Part shown: positions 1-9,124 of the stretch, piece by piece | Numbering within the stretch: position 1 is the first letter of the stretch | Layout of the letters: every line of letters starts with the position of its first letter | From: an uncultured Desulfobacter sp. | GTDB taxonomy: Bacteria > Desulfobacterota > Desulfobacteria > Desulfobacterales > Desulfobacteraceae | DNA: 64,000 nt | Direction of reading: 5' to 3' | Assembly (NCBI GenBank): GCA_963665095.1 | Contig: OY762069.1 | Coordinates: 192,001 to 256,000, forward strand | Position numbers and translations under genes: made by a program | Notes under the pieces: model-generated | Database searches by the model: none | The model's input: the letters and a program-made list of their open reading frames with translations, nothing else | Told to the model about the DNA's origin: nothing

Positions 1-1344
1 ACCCAGGTGGATGAAGCCGTGGGTATCAAGGTGCTTAAACGTTTTGTTGCTGACCATGAGCAGGAGATGAGTACGGAGTGGTTCTCCTCCCACACCATTC
101 CAAAGAAAAAAGATCCCGACCTTAAAGTGGCGGTGATCGGTACGGGTCCTGCCGGGATATCTGCGGCATATCACCTGCTGCTGAAAGGGTATCCCGTGGA
201 TGTTTACGAGGCCAAGTCCGTGCCCGGCGGCATGGCTGCCACAGGCATTCCTGAATACCGCCTGCCCAAGGCTGTGCTGGCCAAGGAGATCGGCATTATC
301 CAGGCGTTGGGCGGCAATCTGTACTACAACAAGAAGATGGGAAAGGACTTTACCCTGTCCCAGCTGTTTGCCAGGGGATATAAAGCTGTATTTCTCGGCG
401 TCGGCGCCCATAAAGGCCGTATCATGAGAGCCATGGGCGAAGATACGACCCTTGAGGGCTACAGCTTTGGGGTGGATTTCCTTTTACGCATCAACCACGA
501 GTATATTGACAAGGGTATCCCCATGACCCTTGGTGAAAAAATGGTGGTGGTGGGCGGCGGCAACGTGGCCATGGACTGTGTCCGGTCAGCCCTTCGCATG
601 GGCGTCAAAGAGGTGCATCTGGTCTACCGCCGGAGCCGGGATGAGATGCCGGCAGACCCGGATGAGATCGAAGCCGCTGAAAAGGAAGGGGTGATTTTCC
701 ACATGCTGGTCAATCCGGTACGGGTGATTGCTGAAAAAGGGAAAATCAAAGCCGTGGAACTGGTGGAGATGGCCTTAGGCGAACCGGACAGCTCCGGCCG
801 CCGAGGGGTGACCCCCATTGAAGGCTCCCAGTTTATCCTGGAAACCGACCATCTGATTCCGGCCATAGGCCAGGAGGTGGAGGCCGGCTTTGTGTCACCG
901 GAACAGGACCATGTGGATTTTAATCCCTGGGGTACCATCCAGGTGGATACCAACTCTTTGATGACCACCCGTAAAGGCGTGTTTGCCGGCGGGGACTGTG
1001 TCACAGGACCTGCCACCCTGGTCCAGGCCATGGCCCAGGGCGAAAAAGCTGCCAGAGCCATGGACGATTATCTCACCTGTGGCCGGGTCCGCTTTTTTCC
1101 TGCTGACCGGATGAGTGAACTGGTGGCATCGGTTCAACCCATGATCGCCTCAGGCGTTCGGATTCCCGTTCGCCATGAATACCGGGTCAAGATTCCTGAA
1201 CTTAACCCGGAAGTCCGCAAAAAAATTTTTGAGGAGGTGGAAAAGCCCATCTCGGTGGATGAGGCGTACCATGAGGCCCACCGGTGCATGCGGTGTTACA
1301 GGGTCTATTCAGTCATCACAGAACAGGAAGGAGGCAGACCATGA
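1..1344 (+). CDS. GltD/NfnB-like FAD/NAD(P)-dependent oxidoreductase (5' part lies upstream of the window), probable hydrogenase partner subunit
   Basis: Two Rossmann motifs (VAVIGTGPAG, VVVGGGNVAMD), GIPEYRLP, FAGGD and C-terminal EAHRCMRC. The frame is open from base 1 and the stop overlaps the next ATG (ATGA). Confidence 0.85.
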   Translation, partial: TQVDEAVGIKVLKRFVADHEQEMSTEWFSSHTIPKKKDPDLKVAVIGTGPAGISAAYHLLLKGYPVDVYEAKSVPGGMAATGIPEYRLPKAVLAKEIGIIQALGGNLYYNKKMGKDFTLSQLFARGYKAVFLGVGAHKGRIMRAMGEDTTLEGYSFGVDFLLRINHEYIDKGIPMTLGEKMVVVGGGNVAMDCVRSALRMGVKEVHLVYRRSRDEMPADPDEIEAAEKEGVIFHMLVNPVRVIAEKGKIKAVELVEMALGEPDSSGRRGVTPIEGSQFILETDHLIPAIGQEVEAGFVSPEQDHVDFNPWGTIQVDTNSLMTTRKGVFAGGDCVTGPATLVQAMAQGEKAARAMDDYLTCGRVRFFPADRMSELVASVQPMIASGVRIPVRHEYRVKIPELNPEVRKKIFEEVEKPISVDEAYHEAHRCMRCYRVYSVITEQEGGRP

Positions 1345-3140
1345 TCGGATACATCAACGGCAAAGAGGTCACCTTTGAACCGGATGAAACCATATTAACC
1401 GTGGCCCGTCGAAACGGCCATTTCATTCCTACTCTGTGCGAGATGGCGGATCTTGATCATACACCGGGCACCTGCCGGGTCTGCCTGGTGGAGATGCGCC
1501 TGGCCCATCAGACAGGCTATCAGGTGGTGACCTCCTGTACCACTCCCATGGCGGAAAATGCTGAAGTGCTGACCCGGACCCCCCGGGTGCGGCAGATGCA
1601 GCGCCTGCAGGTGGAACTGCTTCTGGCAGACCACAACCAGGACTGTGCCTCCTGTATCCGCCACGGCAACTGTGAACTCCAGGATGTGGCCCAGTTTGTG
1701 GGGCTGCAGCAGACAAGGTATCACTATCCCCATTTTTATGAGCAGCGCACCCGGGATTTTTCCTCACCGGCTGTGGTCCGGGATATGAGCAAATGCATTC
1801 GCTGTTTCCGGTGTGTCAGTGTCTGCCGGGAGATTCAGGGCGTGGATGCCCTGGTGATCACAGAAAAGGGCCTTGAGACTGAAATCAGTGTGAGAGACGG
1901 GCTCCCTTTGGGCAGTTCCGCCTGTGTGAGCTGCGGTCAGTGCATTCTGGTCTGTCCGGTGGGGGCTTTGGCTGAAAAGAACGACATCGAAACCGTACAG
2001 GACTTTTTGTATGACCCCGCCATCATCACGGTGTTCCAGTTTGCCCCGGCCATACGAACGGCTTTAGGTGAGGAATTTGGCCTTTCCCCGGGAACGAATG
2101 TGGAAGGTCGTCTGATTACAGCACTCAAGGATTTAGGTGCTGATGTGGTGCTGGACACCAACTTTGCAGCGGATCTGGTGATCATGGAAGAGGGCAGTGA
2201 ACTTCTGGACCGCCTGGAAAAAAAGCGCAGCCTTCCCATGTTCACCTCCTGCTGTCCGGCCTGGGTCTCCTATGTGGAGAAAAATTATCCGGATCTCACA
2301 CCACACATCTCCACCACCCGTTCTCCTCAGCAGTGTTTTGGGGCCATTGCCAAGACCTTTCTGGCTGAAAAAGCAGGCTGGTCTCCCGAGAAAATGCGGG
2401 TGGTCTCCATTATGCCCTGTACCGCCAAGAAAGGGGAGGCCCAGCGGCCGGAGTTCAGTAAAAACGGCCGGCCGGATGTGGATGCGGTCCTTACCACCCG
2501 CGAGCTTGCACGGCTGCTCCGGCGGGAAGGTATTGCCCTGGATTCCCTGGAAGAGGGCACCTTTGACAACCCCTGGATGGGGGCCTGGTCCGGCGCAGCC
2601 GTTATTTTCGGCAGTACCGGCGGGGTGATGGAGGCGGCCGTACGAACGGTCCATAAGGTGGTAACCGGCAAGGAACTTGGGACGGTCTCCTTTTCCCAGG
2701 TCCGGGGAAACGACCGTGTCCGGGATGCCCTGGTGGACCTGGGTAAACCCAAGGGGGCTGTCAAGGTGGCTGTGGTGCATACCCTGAAAGCGGCCGACCA
2801 GATTCTTAAAGACCTGGCTGCAGGACGCTGTGATTACCATTTTGTGGAGGTGATGGCCTGTCCGGGCGGCTGTGCCGGCGGCGGGGGGCAGCCGAGAAGT
2901 AAACATGCCTTCCAGGCGGAAGCGCCCATGCGGCGGGACGGATTGTACCAGATTGATGAGGCGTCAGCAGTTCGCCAGTCCCACAACAATCCTCAGATTA
3001 CCAAGCTATACAAGGAGTTTCTGGGGGCGCCTTTGGGGCATAAATCCCATGAACTGCTCCACACACGGTATCAGAACCGCAGTCGTAAAGTGTCCCGTAC
3101 CATGAGCGAAATCTGGAAAGAGATTGAAGAAAGGGCATAA
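1341..3140 (+). CDS. hydA: [FeFe]-hydrogenase catalytic subunit (group A; 2Fe-2S, His-ligated 4Fe-4S, 2x4Fe-4S, H-cluster)
   Basis: H-cluster motifs FTSCCPAW, IMPCTAKKGE and EVMACPGGCAGGGGQP; ferredoxin motifs CIRCFRC and CVSCGQC; HNQDCASC. GGAGG RBS before ATG 1341. Confidence 0.95.
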   Translation: MIGYINGKEVTFEPDETILTVARRNGHFIPTLCEMADLDHTPGTCRVCLVEMRLAHQTGYQVVTSCTTPMAENAEVLTRTPRVRQMQRLQVELLLADHNQDCASCIRHGNCELQDVAQFVGLQQTRYHYPHFYEQRTRDFSSPAVVRDMSKCIRCFRCVSVCREIQGVDALVITEKGLETEISVRDGLPLGSSACVSCGQCILVCPVGALAEKNDIETVQDFLYDPAIITVFQFAPAIRTALGEEFGLSPGTNVEGRLITALKDLGADVVLDTNFAADLVIMEEGSELLDRLEKKRSLPMFTSCCPAWVSYVEKNYPDLTPHISTTRSPQQCFGAIAKTFLAEKAGWSPEKMRVVSIMPCTAKKGEAQRPEFSKNGRPDVDAVLTTRELARLLRREGIALDSLEEGTFDNPWMGAWSGAAVIFGSTGGVMEAAVRTVHKVVTGKELGTVSFSQVRGNDRVRDALVDLGKPKGAVKVAVVHTLKAADQILKDLAAGRCDYHFVEVMACPGGCAGGGGQPRSKHAFQAEAPMRRDGLYQIDEASAVRQSHNNPQITKLYKEFLGAPLGHKSHELLHTRYQNRSRKVSRTMSEIWKEIEERA

Positions 3141-4045
3141 TGAGGATCAGGCTTCCATATATTGGTGCCGTCCTTTTATGGCTGAATGCTGTTGTTTTGT
3201 CCGGCACTCTGGCCTCTGAATGGCTAAGGGTGCCGGACACCCCGGCCTCGGTTCCCCTGATTCTGGCAGCCATGGAGATGCCTGAACTTGACGTCAGAAC
3301 CTTTTCCGGGCACGCCCAGGTTCATGCACTGTTTGCCAAGGGGGATGTCCGGCTTATGGCAACAGGACTGTCCGCTGGAATCCGTCTGTTTCAAAACGGG
3401 GTGCCTGTCCGGATGGTAAACGCCTATGTTTCTGGTATGACGTGGGTGGTGGCGGACCGGCGGGTTAGCAATTTGTCCGATCTTGAGGACACAGGGCTGA
3501 TCCTGCCCTTTGAGGGGTCGCCCATTGATGAGGTTACCCGTTTTTTTGTGAAAGCCCATGGCCTTGGCTGGAATGACCGAATTCCAGTCCAGTATATGAT
3601 GTTCCAGGGCAGTCTGCGTCTATTAACCCTTGGCAGAATTCGGGCTGCCGCGCTGCCCGAACCCTGGGCCACCATGGCGGAGCAGCGACCCGGTCTTTAC
3701 CGGGGAATCAGTTACAAAGCACTTTGGCATAAATACAGCGGCCAGTCCTGTGGTTATCCCCAGGTGGGGGTGTTTGTTCGCACGGATGCGGCAGCAGCCC
3801 ATCCTGCCCTTGTGTCCGGGTTGAACCAGGCCCTGGAACAGGCCCTGATAATGATGACACAGAACCCGGACAGGGCAGTTCTGCTGGCGGCTCCATACCT
3901 GCATTTTGAACCGGAACTGATTCGGGCCTCCCTTGACCGGATGGCCTTTGAACTGATTCACGGGCCGGTGCTTAAAGACCGGGTCACCACCTATTACCGG
4001 ATCATTGGAAAGCCCCTGGATGAGGCCTTTGAACACTTTTTTTAA
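3140..4045 (+). CDS. ABC transporter substrate-binding protein, NitT/TauT (SsuA/THI5-like) family
   Basis: N-terminal signal peptide, AAALPEPW and YPQVG motifs; TAATG overlap with the hydA stop. Confidence 0.7.
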   Translation: MRIRLPYIGAVLLWLNAVVLSGTLASEWLRVPDTPASVPLILAAMEMPELDVRTFSGHAQVHALFAKGDVRLMATGLSAGIRLFQNGVPVRMVNAYVSGMTWVVADRRVSNLSDLEDTGLILPFEGSPIDEVTRFFVKAHGLGWNDRIPVQYMMFQGSLRLLTLGRIRAAALPEPWATMAEQRPGLYRGISYKALWHKYSGQSCGYPQVGVFVRTDAAAAHPALVSGLNQALEQALIMMTQNPDRAVLLAAPYLHFEPELIRASLDRMAFELIHGPVLKDRVTTYYRIIGKPLDEAFEHFF

Positions 4046-4106
4046 ACCTGTGGCCACAGGACTTACTGCTCTGGTACTTTTTTTTGTAATCTGGGCCGGG
4101 GCTTGA
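4020..4106 (+). pseudogene. Probable N-terminal remnant of an ABC permease (28 codons)
   Basis: MRPLNTFFKPVATGLTALVLFFVIWAGA* overlaps the SBP stop and resembles the first TM helix of NitT/TauT permeases. It ends 11 nt before the convergent gene. Confidence 0.45.
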
Positions 4107-4117
4107 TGATGAAGTTT

Positions 4118-5701
4118 TCAGGGTCGGGTCAGGCTGTCGGAGTGAAGGGTAAAGGCTTTAATCATCTGCCTTCTGAATTTTTCGATATACACCAGAGTAT
4201 TTTCATCCGGGTCTGAGGCGTTGTTATCCCAGTCCACATAAATCATGGATAAAATTTTACCGTCCACAAATACAGGGAAAATTGCAAATCCCTTGACATG
4301 AAATGGCACTGCTGTCTTATCAAGGTACCAGGAGGGAATCTGCTGCCTGTAAGCCTCTTTTTTAATATCCTTGACAATAATATCGGCTTTCCGGGTAATG
4401 GCGTTATTAAAAATGCCGGATGCCGGCCCCATTTCAAACCCGACAGATTTACCGAATCCATCCAGCCGTTCCTCCCCCCGGACAAACCGGGGCGTCATGG
4501 TGTTGGTCTCCTTGTTTCGGATAGTGATGATAACCTGGTTAAAGTAGAAGTACTGGTCCATGGTATCAATGAGCCGGGTAAAAATTTTATGGATACTTTG
4601 TGCTTCATCCAGGGCATCTTCCACACGGCTGAGGCCCTGGTCAAGTTCGTTCCTGTTTTTAATGCCAGGATCGTTGCTGGTGGTGTCAGCTAACTTGGGA
4701 TCAATACCCAGAATTTCAGCATGGTGGATAACACTGTCCATGGCTGTTAGGGTCAGGTCCAGGGCCTGTCTTGCATCGTAATCAGACAGGTTGCTGTACT
4801 TGTCCACAAGGTCTCCTGCTGCACCAAGGGATTCAGCATTATTTTTCGGTGCAGGGATATTACACAGCTCATAGATAAAGGCGCACAAATATCGGGCCTT
4901 ATCTTTGGGGGCGATGGACAGATGCTGGCCGGCTGTTATCTTTACCGGCCGCATGGCCTGGACGATTTTTTTGGGCAGATTCAGTTTCAGCGCCACCATT
5001 TGGCCCAATTCAGAATAGGTCAGCCCCAGAATCGTTTTGGCTGCCTCCTCTCTTGGCAGCTGATTTTCTTCCATGGCGACCTCCACCCGGATGTAGGTAT
5101 CCGGATCCAGAATCGCCACCAGATACTCCCCTAGTTCATACAGCATGGCTGAAATGGGGAAGGCATCTGACGCTTTGTGCCCCTTATCCCTTTCAATCTG
5201 CCTGGCAACAGCACTGCGGTGAAGGCTTCTGAGCAGTTTATCCTTTAGAAGCCGGGAATTGGCCGTTGACTTCATCATCTCAAAAATCTTAAGTCCGGCT
5301 GCCAGCTGACGGATTTCATCGGCACCCAGTATAATCATGGCCTCGGAGATGGTTGAAATGCCTTTTTCTGAAAAATGGCGGTAAATGGAGGAGTTTACAA
5401 CTTTAAGCACCTGGGCGGTCAACCCCAGGTCTTTGAGGATGACCCGGGCAATATCCCCAGCAGATGAGTAGTCCATATAAAGTATCTGGTTTACGTTGTT
5501 GACCTGTTGAGAAAAGGTTAAAAACGCATCCCGGCCCTGCATTCTTTTTAAAATGCCACTGAGATAAACCCTGAAATCGTCCGGGTCCGAAGGGATACTT
5601 TCCTGGAGGTCTTCAATTGTTCCTTCATTTTTTCCAACCAGTGCGCCGATACAGATGACGTCGAGATCAATACCGGTGTGGGAGGAATCCGTGTCGCCCA
5701 T
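4118..5701 (-). CDS. HDOD-domain signal transduction protein with a C-terminal GAF-like domain
   Basis: ILKDLGLTAQVLKVVNS...ISTISEAMIILG and LYELGEYL are HDOD-like. C-terminal FAIFPVFVDGKILSMIYVD is GAF-like. Confidence 0.75.
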   Translation of the reverse strand: MGDTDSSHTGIDLDVICIGALVGKNEGTIEDLQESIPSDPDDFRVYLSGILKRMQGRDAFLTFSQQVNNVNQILYMDYSSAGDIARVILKDLGLTAQVLKVVNSSIYRHFSEKGISTISEAMIILGADEIRQLAAGLKIFEMMKSTANSRLLKDKLLRSLHRSAVARQIERDKGHKASDAFPISAMLYELGEYLVAILDPDTYIRVEVAMEENQLPREEAAKTILGLTYSELGQMVALKLNLPKKIVQAMRPVKITAGQHLSIAPKDKARYLCAFIYELCNIPAPKNNAESLGAAGDLVDKYSNLSDYDARQALDLTLTAMDSVIHHAEILGIDPKLADTTSNDPGIKNRNELDQGLSRVEDALDEAQSIHKIFTRLIDTMDQYFYFNQVIITIRNKETNTMTPRFVRGEERLDGFGKSVGFEMGPASGIFNNAITRKADIIVKDIKKEAYRQQIPSWYLDKTAVPFHVKGFAIFPVFVDGKILSMIYVDWDNNASDPDENTLVYIEKFRRQMIKAFTLHSDSLTRP

Positions 5702-5826
5702 TCATACTCCGTTTTAAAACTTAACTTGAAAATAACAGTGGATCGTTTAGGATAATATAATCCTAATATTAGACATTTAAAGCGCCATTTTCAAATGATT
5801 TAACCCCTCAGATCTGGAGACAGGCC

Positions 5827-7830
5827 ATGGATGACCTGCAATCTGTCACAGAAAGCCCCCTGGCTGCCAAGTTCATGAAAATGAAAGCGGCCTTCTCCAA
5901 CTATAATGTTGTGAGAATGCGTGAGGCGTTGCGTTATCTTTCAGGTCCCAAGCTTACGCTTTTTATTAATATTCCTTTTTTTATCCATATTAACCGGCCG
6001 CAATTTCCCGGATATGTACCTGAGGGGCCTGAGGCCTGCGGTATTTATAATTTTAAGAATTCAGGCTTTTTCAAGGCGGTACGCGGCAGGGAAGGGGTCT
6101 TTCCGGATATGCTTGCAGGAGAAACCGAGATGGAAAATCCTTGCGTGCTCGGACTTTACCATATCGGATCTTTAGGAACTTTCACCCAGTCGGCCCAGTC
6201 TGATTTTGATTACTGGGTCATCATTGACAGGACGGGTTTTACAGAGCAGCGGTATTACAACCTTGAAAAAAAGCTGAATCACATCGTTAAATATTCCAGG
6301 GAACACTTTGATCAGGAGGTCACTTTTTTTATCATGGACCAGGCCGATATCCGGAAAGACTGTTATGCCGGATTTGACGCGCCTGAAACCATGATTGCCC
6401 CGAAGCTGTTTCTTAAAGAGGAGTTTTACCGGACATTTTTAATGATTGCAGGCAAGATTCCACTATGGACCATTCTGCCTTCAGACATGCAGCAGAACAC
6501 CTACGATCGACTGGTTGAACGCCTGTTTCTGCAGCCTGACCTCTTTTTTTTATTAAAAGGCTTTCTTGATCTTGGAAAGGTGGAAAAACCTTCCCTGAAA
6601 GACATTTACCAGGGGGTCCGCTGGCATATCTGCAAATCAAGAGAGGATCCGGTCAAGGCCCTGATTAAGGCCACCATGATCCTTTCTCATATAGCGGGTG
6701 AAAAAGAACACGCCATGCTGCTGTGTGATGAACTGAAGTTAAGATTTGGCAATGCCGGCATTGATGACTGCGAAAGTGACCCTTATAAAATCGTTTTTGA
6801 CAGGGTCCTGGACTATCATCAGATTCATGGCAGACAAGGCCTCAAGCTGATTAAAAACGCCATATTTTTCAGGCTTTGCGGTTACCCCAGGGTCAGGATC
6901 CCTGAACCGGGATCACCCAAAAGACAGTTAATAGACAGATATATCCGGACCTGGAACATCCCGGCATCCCAGGTCAAAAAACTGATGTCCTATCCCGACT
7001 GGCCTGAAAAGGAAAAGCAGCTCCTTGACACAACCTTGCTCCAGCGCCTGGCCAAAATGTACGAGCAGATCTATGCCAAAGGGAAAGGCCTTGAAAAGGA
7101 TCTGCCTGTGGCGGAACAAAGGAATATGACAATCCTCAACAACAAGGTCAAAGAGCGCCTGAATACAGATCCCGGTAAAATTCCGGCAAGTTCAAATTTT
7201 CTGACCCGATGTTTCTTTGCCTTCCTTTTGATTAAGGATAAATCAGTTGAAAAATGGATATTGAGCGGCACCCTGTCAGGTGAACTTGAGGAAAGTGTCC
7301 TTCGCCGGTCTGAAACGTTTCTGGGACTGATGGGATGGATCATGGAAAACCGGCTTTATCGGAGGAATAAAACCCAGATCAAACTTGAAACCACGCTTAA
7401 TCTCTATGAAAGCCGGGATCAGGCGGTATCCGCAGATGCCCTTTACCTGGTCATGCAGCCGGTTAAACCTTTGCATGACAGCTGCTTTGAACATCCTGCC
7501 CAATGGACAAAGATCGTGATTTTACTGGTGTGCCCGGACCCGTTCAGCGGGGTGGCGCAAATTGAACTGTTAGCCCTTAATTCCTGGGGGGAGATGTTTA
7601 TAGATCAATTGAGGCTTGACACCGAGTGGACCCTGAGTGGTAGATATGAGAAAATAGCCGATAAAATCAACCAGTACTCCGGGGAAGAGGTCCGTCTGTT
7701 TTTTTTTCAGATGGCGCAAATCCGGGATGAAAATATTGTGTACGAAATCAAGCAGTTTCTGGCCAGCCGTTTTCTGATGTACCGGCCAGGGGCACCTAAA
7801 AAGAATCGTCCCATGCTGGACAAATTATAG
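5827..7830 (+). CDS. cyaA: Class I adenylate cyclase
   Basis: Catalytic signature GLYHIGSLGTFTQSAQSDFDYWV and LKEEFYRT; GGAG RBS. Confidence 0.85.
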   Translation: MDDLQSVTESPLAAKFMKMKAAFSNYNVVRMREALRYLSGPKLTLFINIPFFIHINRPQFPGYVPEGPEACGIYNFKNSGFFKAVRGREGVFPDMLAGETEMENPCVLGLYHIGSLGTFTQSAQSDFDYWVIIDRTGFTEQRYYNLEKKLNHIVKYSREHFDQEVTFFIMDQADIRKDCYAGFDAPETMIAPKLFLKEEFYRTFLMIAGKIPLWTILPSDMQQNTYDRLVERLFLQPDLFFLLKGFLDLGKVEKPSLKDIYQGVRWHICKSREDPVKALIKATMILSHIAGEKEHAMLLCDELKLRFGNAGIDDCESDPYKIVFDRVLDYHQIHGRQGLKLIKNAIFFRLCGYPRVRIPEPGSPKRQLIDRYIRTWNIPASQVKKLMSYPDWPEKEKQLLDTTLLQRLAKMYEQIYAKGKGLEKDLPVAEQRNMTILNNKVKERLNTDPGKIPASSNFLTRCFFAFLLIKDKSVEKWILSGTLSGELEESVLRRSETFLGLMGWIMENRLYRRNKTQIKLETTLNLYESRDQAVSADALYLVMQPVKPLHDSCFEHPAQWTKIVILLVCPDPFSGVAQIELLALNSWGEMFIDQLRLDTEWTLSGRYEKIADKINQYSGEEVRLFFFQMAQIRDENIVYEIKQFLASRFLMYRPGAPKKNRPMLDKL

Positions 7831-7838
7831 GAATATAT

Positions 7839-8849
7839 ATGACCCGGCCGCAAATTCTTACCATTATCGAAGATTCTCGGGAGCAGGACAGGCTTTTAGC
7901 TGCCCTGAAAAAGATCGGTTACGCTCATATTGTGACTGCGGACAGTGCAGACAACGGATGGGCGTTATTAAAGGATTCTGAGATTGGATGTGTGATTGCC
8001 GCCTATAACATGAGCGATATGTCGGGGCTGGCTCTGTTGAAAATCCTGAGAAAAGAAGACGCCATGGGAGATCTGCCGTTTTTTTTAACAGACAGTGCAT
8101 TTACCAAGATTAAGGTGATCAAGGCGGGGCAGGCAGGGGTGACCGGTCTTTTCGTCATTCCCTATGATTCTAAGGCGATGAAAATGAGGCTGGCTGCGGC
8201 CTTGGGGAAACTTCAGGATCCTGTCATTCACCAGGTTGAGCTGAATGTTGAAAAAGGTCTTGAACTTATTGAAAAAAAAGAATATGCCGAGGCCCTGGCC
8301 TTGTTTCAGGCCCTGGTTGACCAGAAAGAAAACCCGGAATATTATTACAATATAGGCTACATCAAGACAGCCCAAAGCAAACATTCCGAAGCCATAGATG
8401 CCTTTTCAAAGGCAACACGTTTAGACCGGCTTTTCGTCAAGGCATATAAAGCCATGGCAATGGTATACAGGGCCATGGGGGTTGCGCAAAAGGCTGAAGA
8501 GTGCACCCAGATCGCTGCAGAAATATATATGGACACCGATAAGCTGGGAAAAGCCGAGGACCTGCTCAATGAGCTTCTGGCATCCGGAACCGAATCCCTG
8601 AACGTGTTTAACACCCTGGGCGTGCTTTACCGGAAAAAGGGCGACACAAAAGAGGCCATGAAACAGTACAAAAAGGCATTGAAAGTCCATCCGGACGAAC
8701 CCTACATCTACTACAACATCGGCCGCCTTTATCTGGATGCTAAAAATACCACCAAAGCCAAGGCCTATTTCCAGGCCGCCCTTGACCGCGACCATCAGTT
8801 TAACGAGGCCAAACAGGTGATAAAAGCCATAGACCTGGGAATGATCTGA
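7839..8849 (+). CDS. Atypical receiver domain plus TPR-repeat protein
   Basis: N-terminal CheY-like segment (ILTIIED...NMSDMSGLALL) followed by TPR repeats (YYYNIG, NTLGVLYRKKG, YYNIGRLY). Confidence 0.8.
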   Translation: MTRPQILTIIEDSREQDRLLAALKKIGYAHIVTADSADNGWALLKDSEIGCVIAAYNMSDMSGLALLKILRKEDAMGDLPFFLTDSAFTKIKVIKAGQAGVTGLFVIPYDSKAMKMRLAAALGKLQDPVIHQVELNVEKGLELIEKKEYAEALALFQALVDQKENPEYYYNIGYIKTAQSKHSEAIDAFSKATRLDRLFVKAYKAMAMVYRAMGVAQKAEECTQIAAEIYMDTDKLGKAEDLLNELLASGTESLNVFNTLGVLYRKKGDTKEAMKQYKKALKVHPDEPYIYYNIGRLYLDAKNTTKAKAYFQAALDRDHQFNEAKQVIKAIDLGMI

Positions 8850-8883
8850 CGGTTTTTTGCATTCGCCCATGCCGTATATGAAG

Positions 8884-8921
8884 AACAGAGGCGCCGGAGC
8901 TATGTCCGGCGCCTCTGTTTT
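8884..8921 (+). terminator. Intrinsic terminator between convergent genes (possibly bidirectional)
   Basis: 15-bp perfect stem AACAGAGGCGCCGGA / TCCGGCGCCTCTGTT followed by T residues. Confidence 0.8.
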
Positions 8922-8967
8922 GTGGTTGGAATTTTCTGACCCCCCAAATTCAAACCAACGCGCTATT

Positions 8968-9123
8968 TAGTGCCTGAACGAAAAACCCGTGTTTGGTGTT
9001 TGGACGCAAAGTTGCCCAGATGCAAGGCGCAAGCAAAGCTGCAACCGGAGCGTACTCCAGTACGTGAGGATTGCAGCTTTGTGCAGCAACGCCGCAGGTG
9101 GGTGACTTTTCGTTCAAACACTA
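8968..9123. repeat. Palindromic MITE-like repeat, copy 1
   Basis: Imperfect terminal inverted repeats (TAGTGCCTGAACGAAAA / TTTTCGTTCAAACACTA), nested internal stems, and direct repeat CTATTTAG at 8963-8970 and 9121-9128. Homologous to 22746-22879. Confidence 0.75.
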
Positions 9124-9124
9124 T

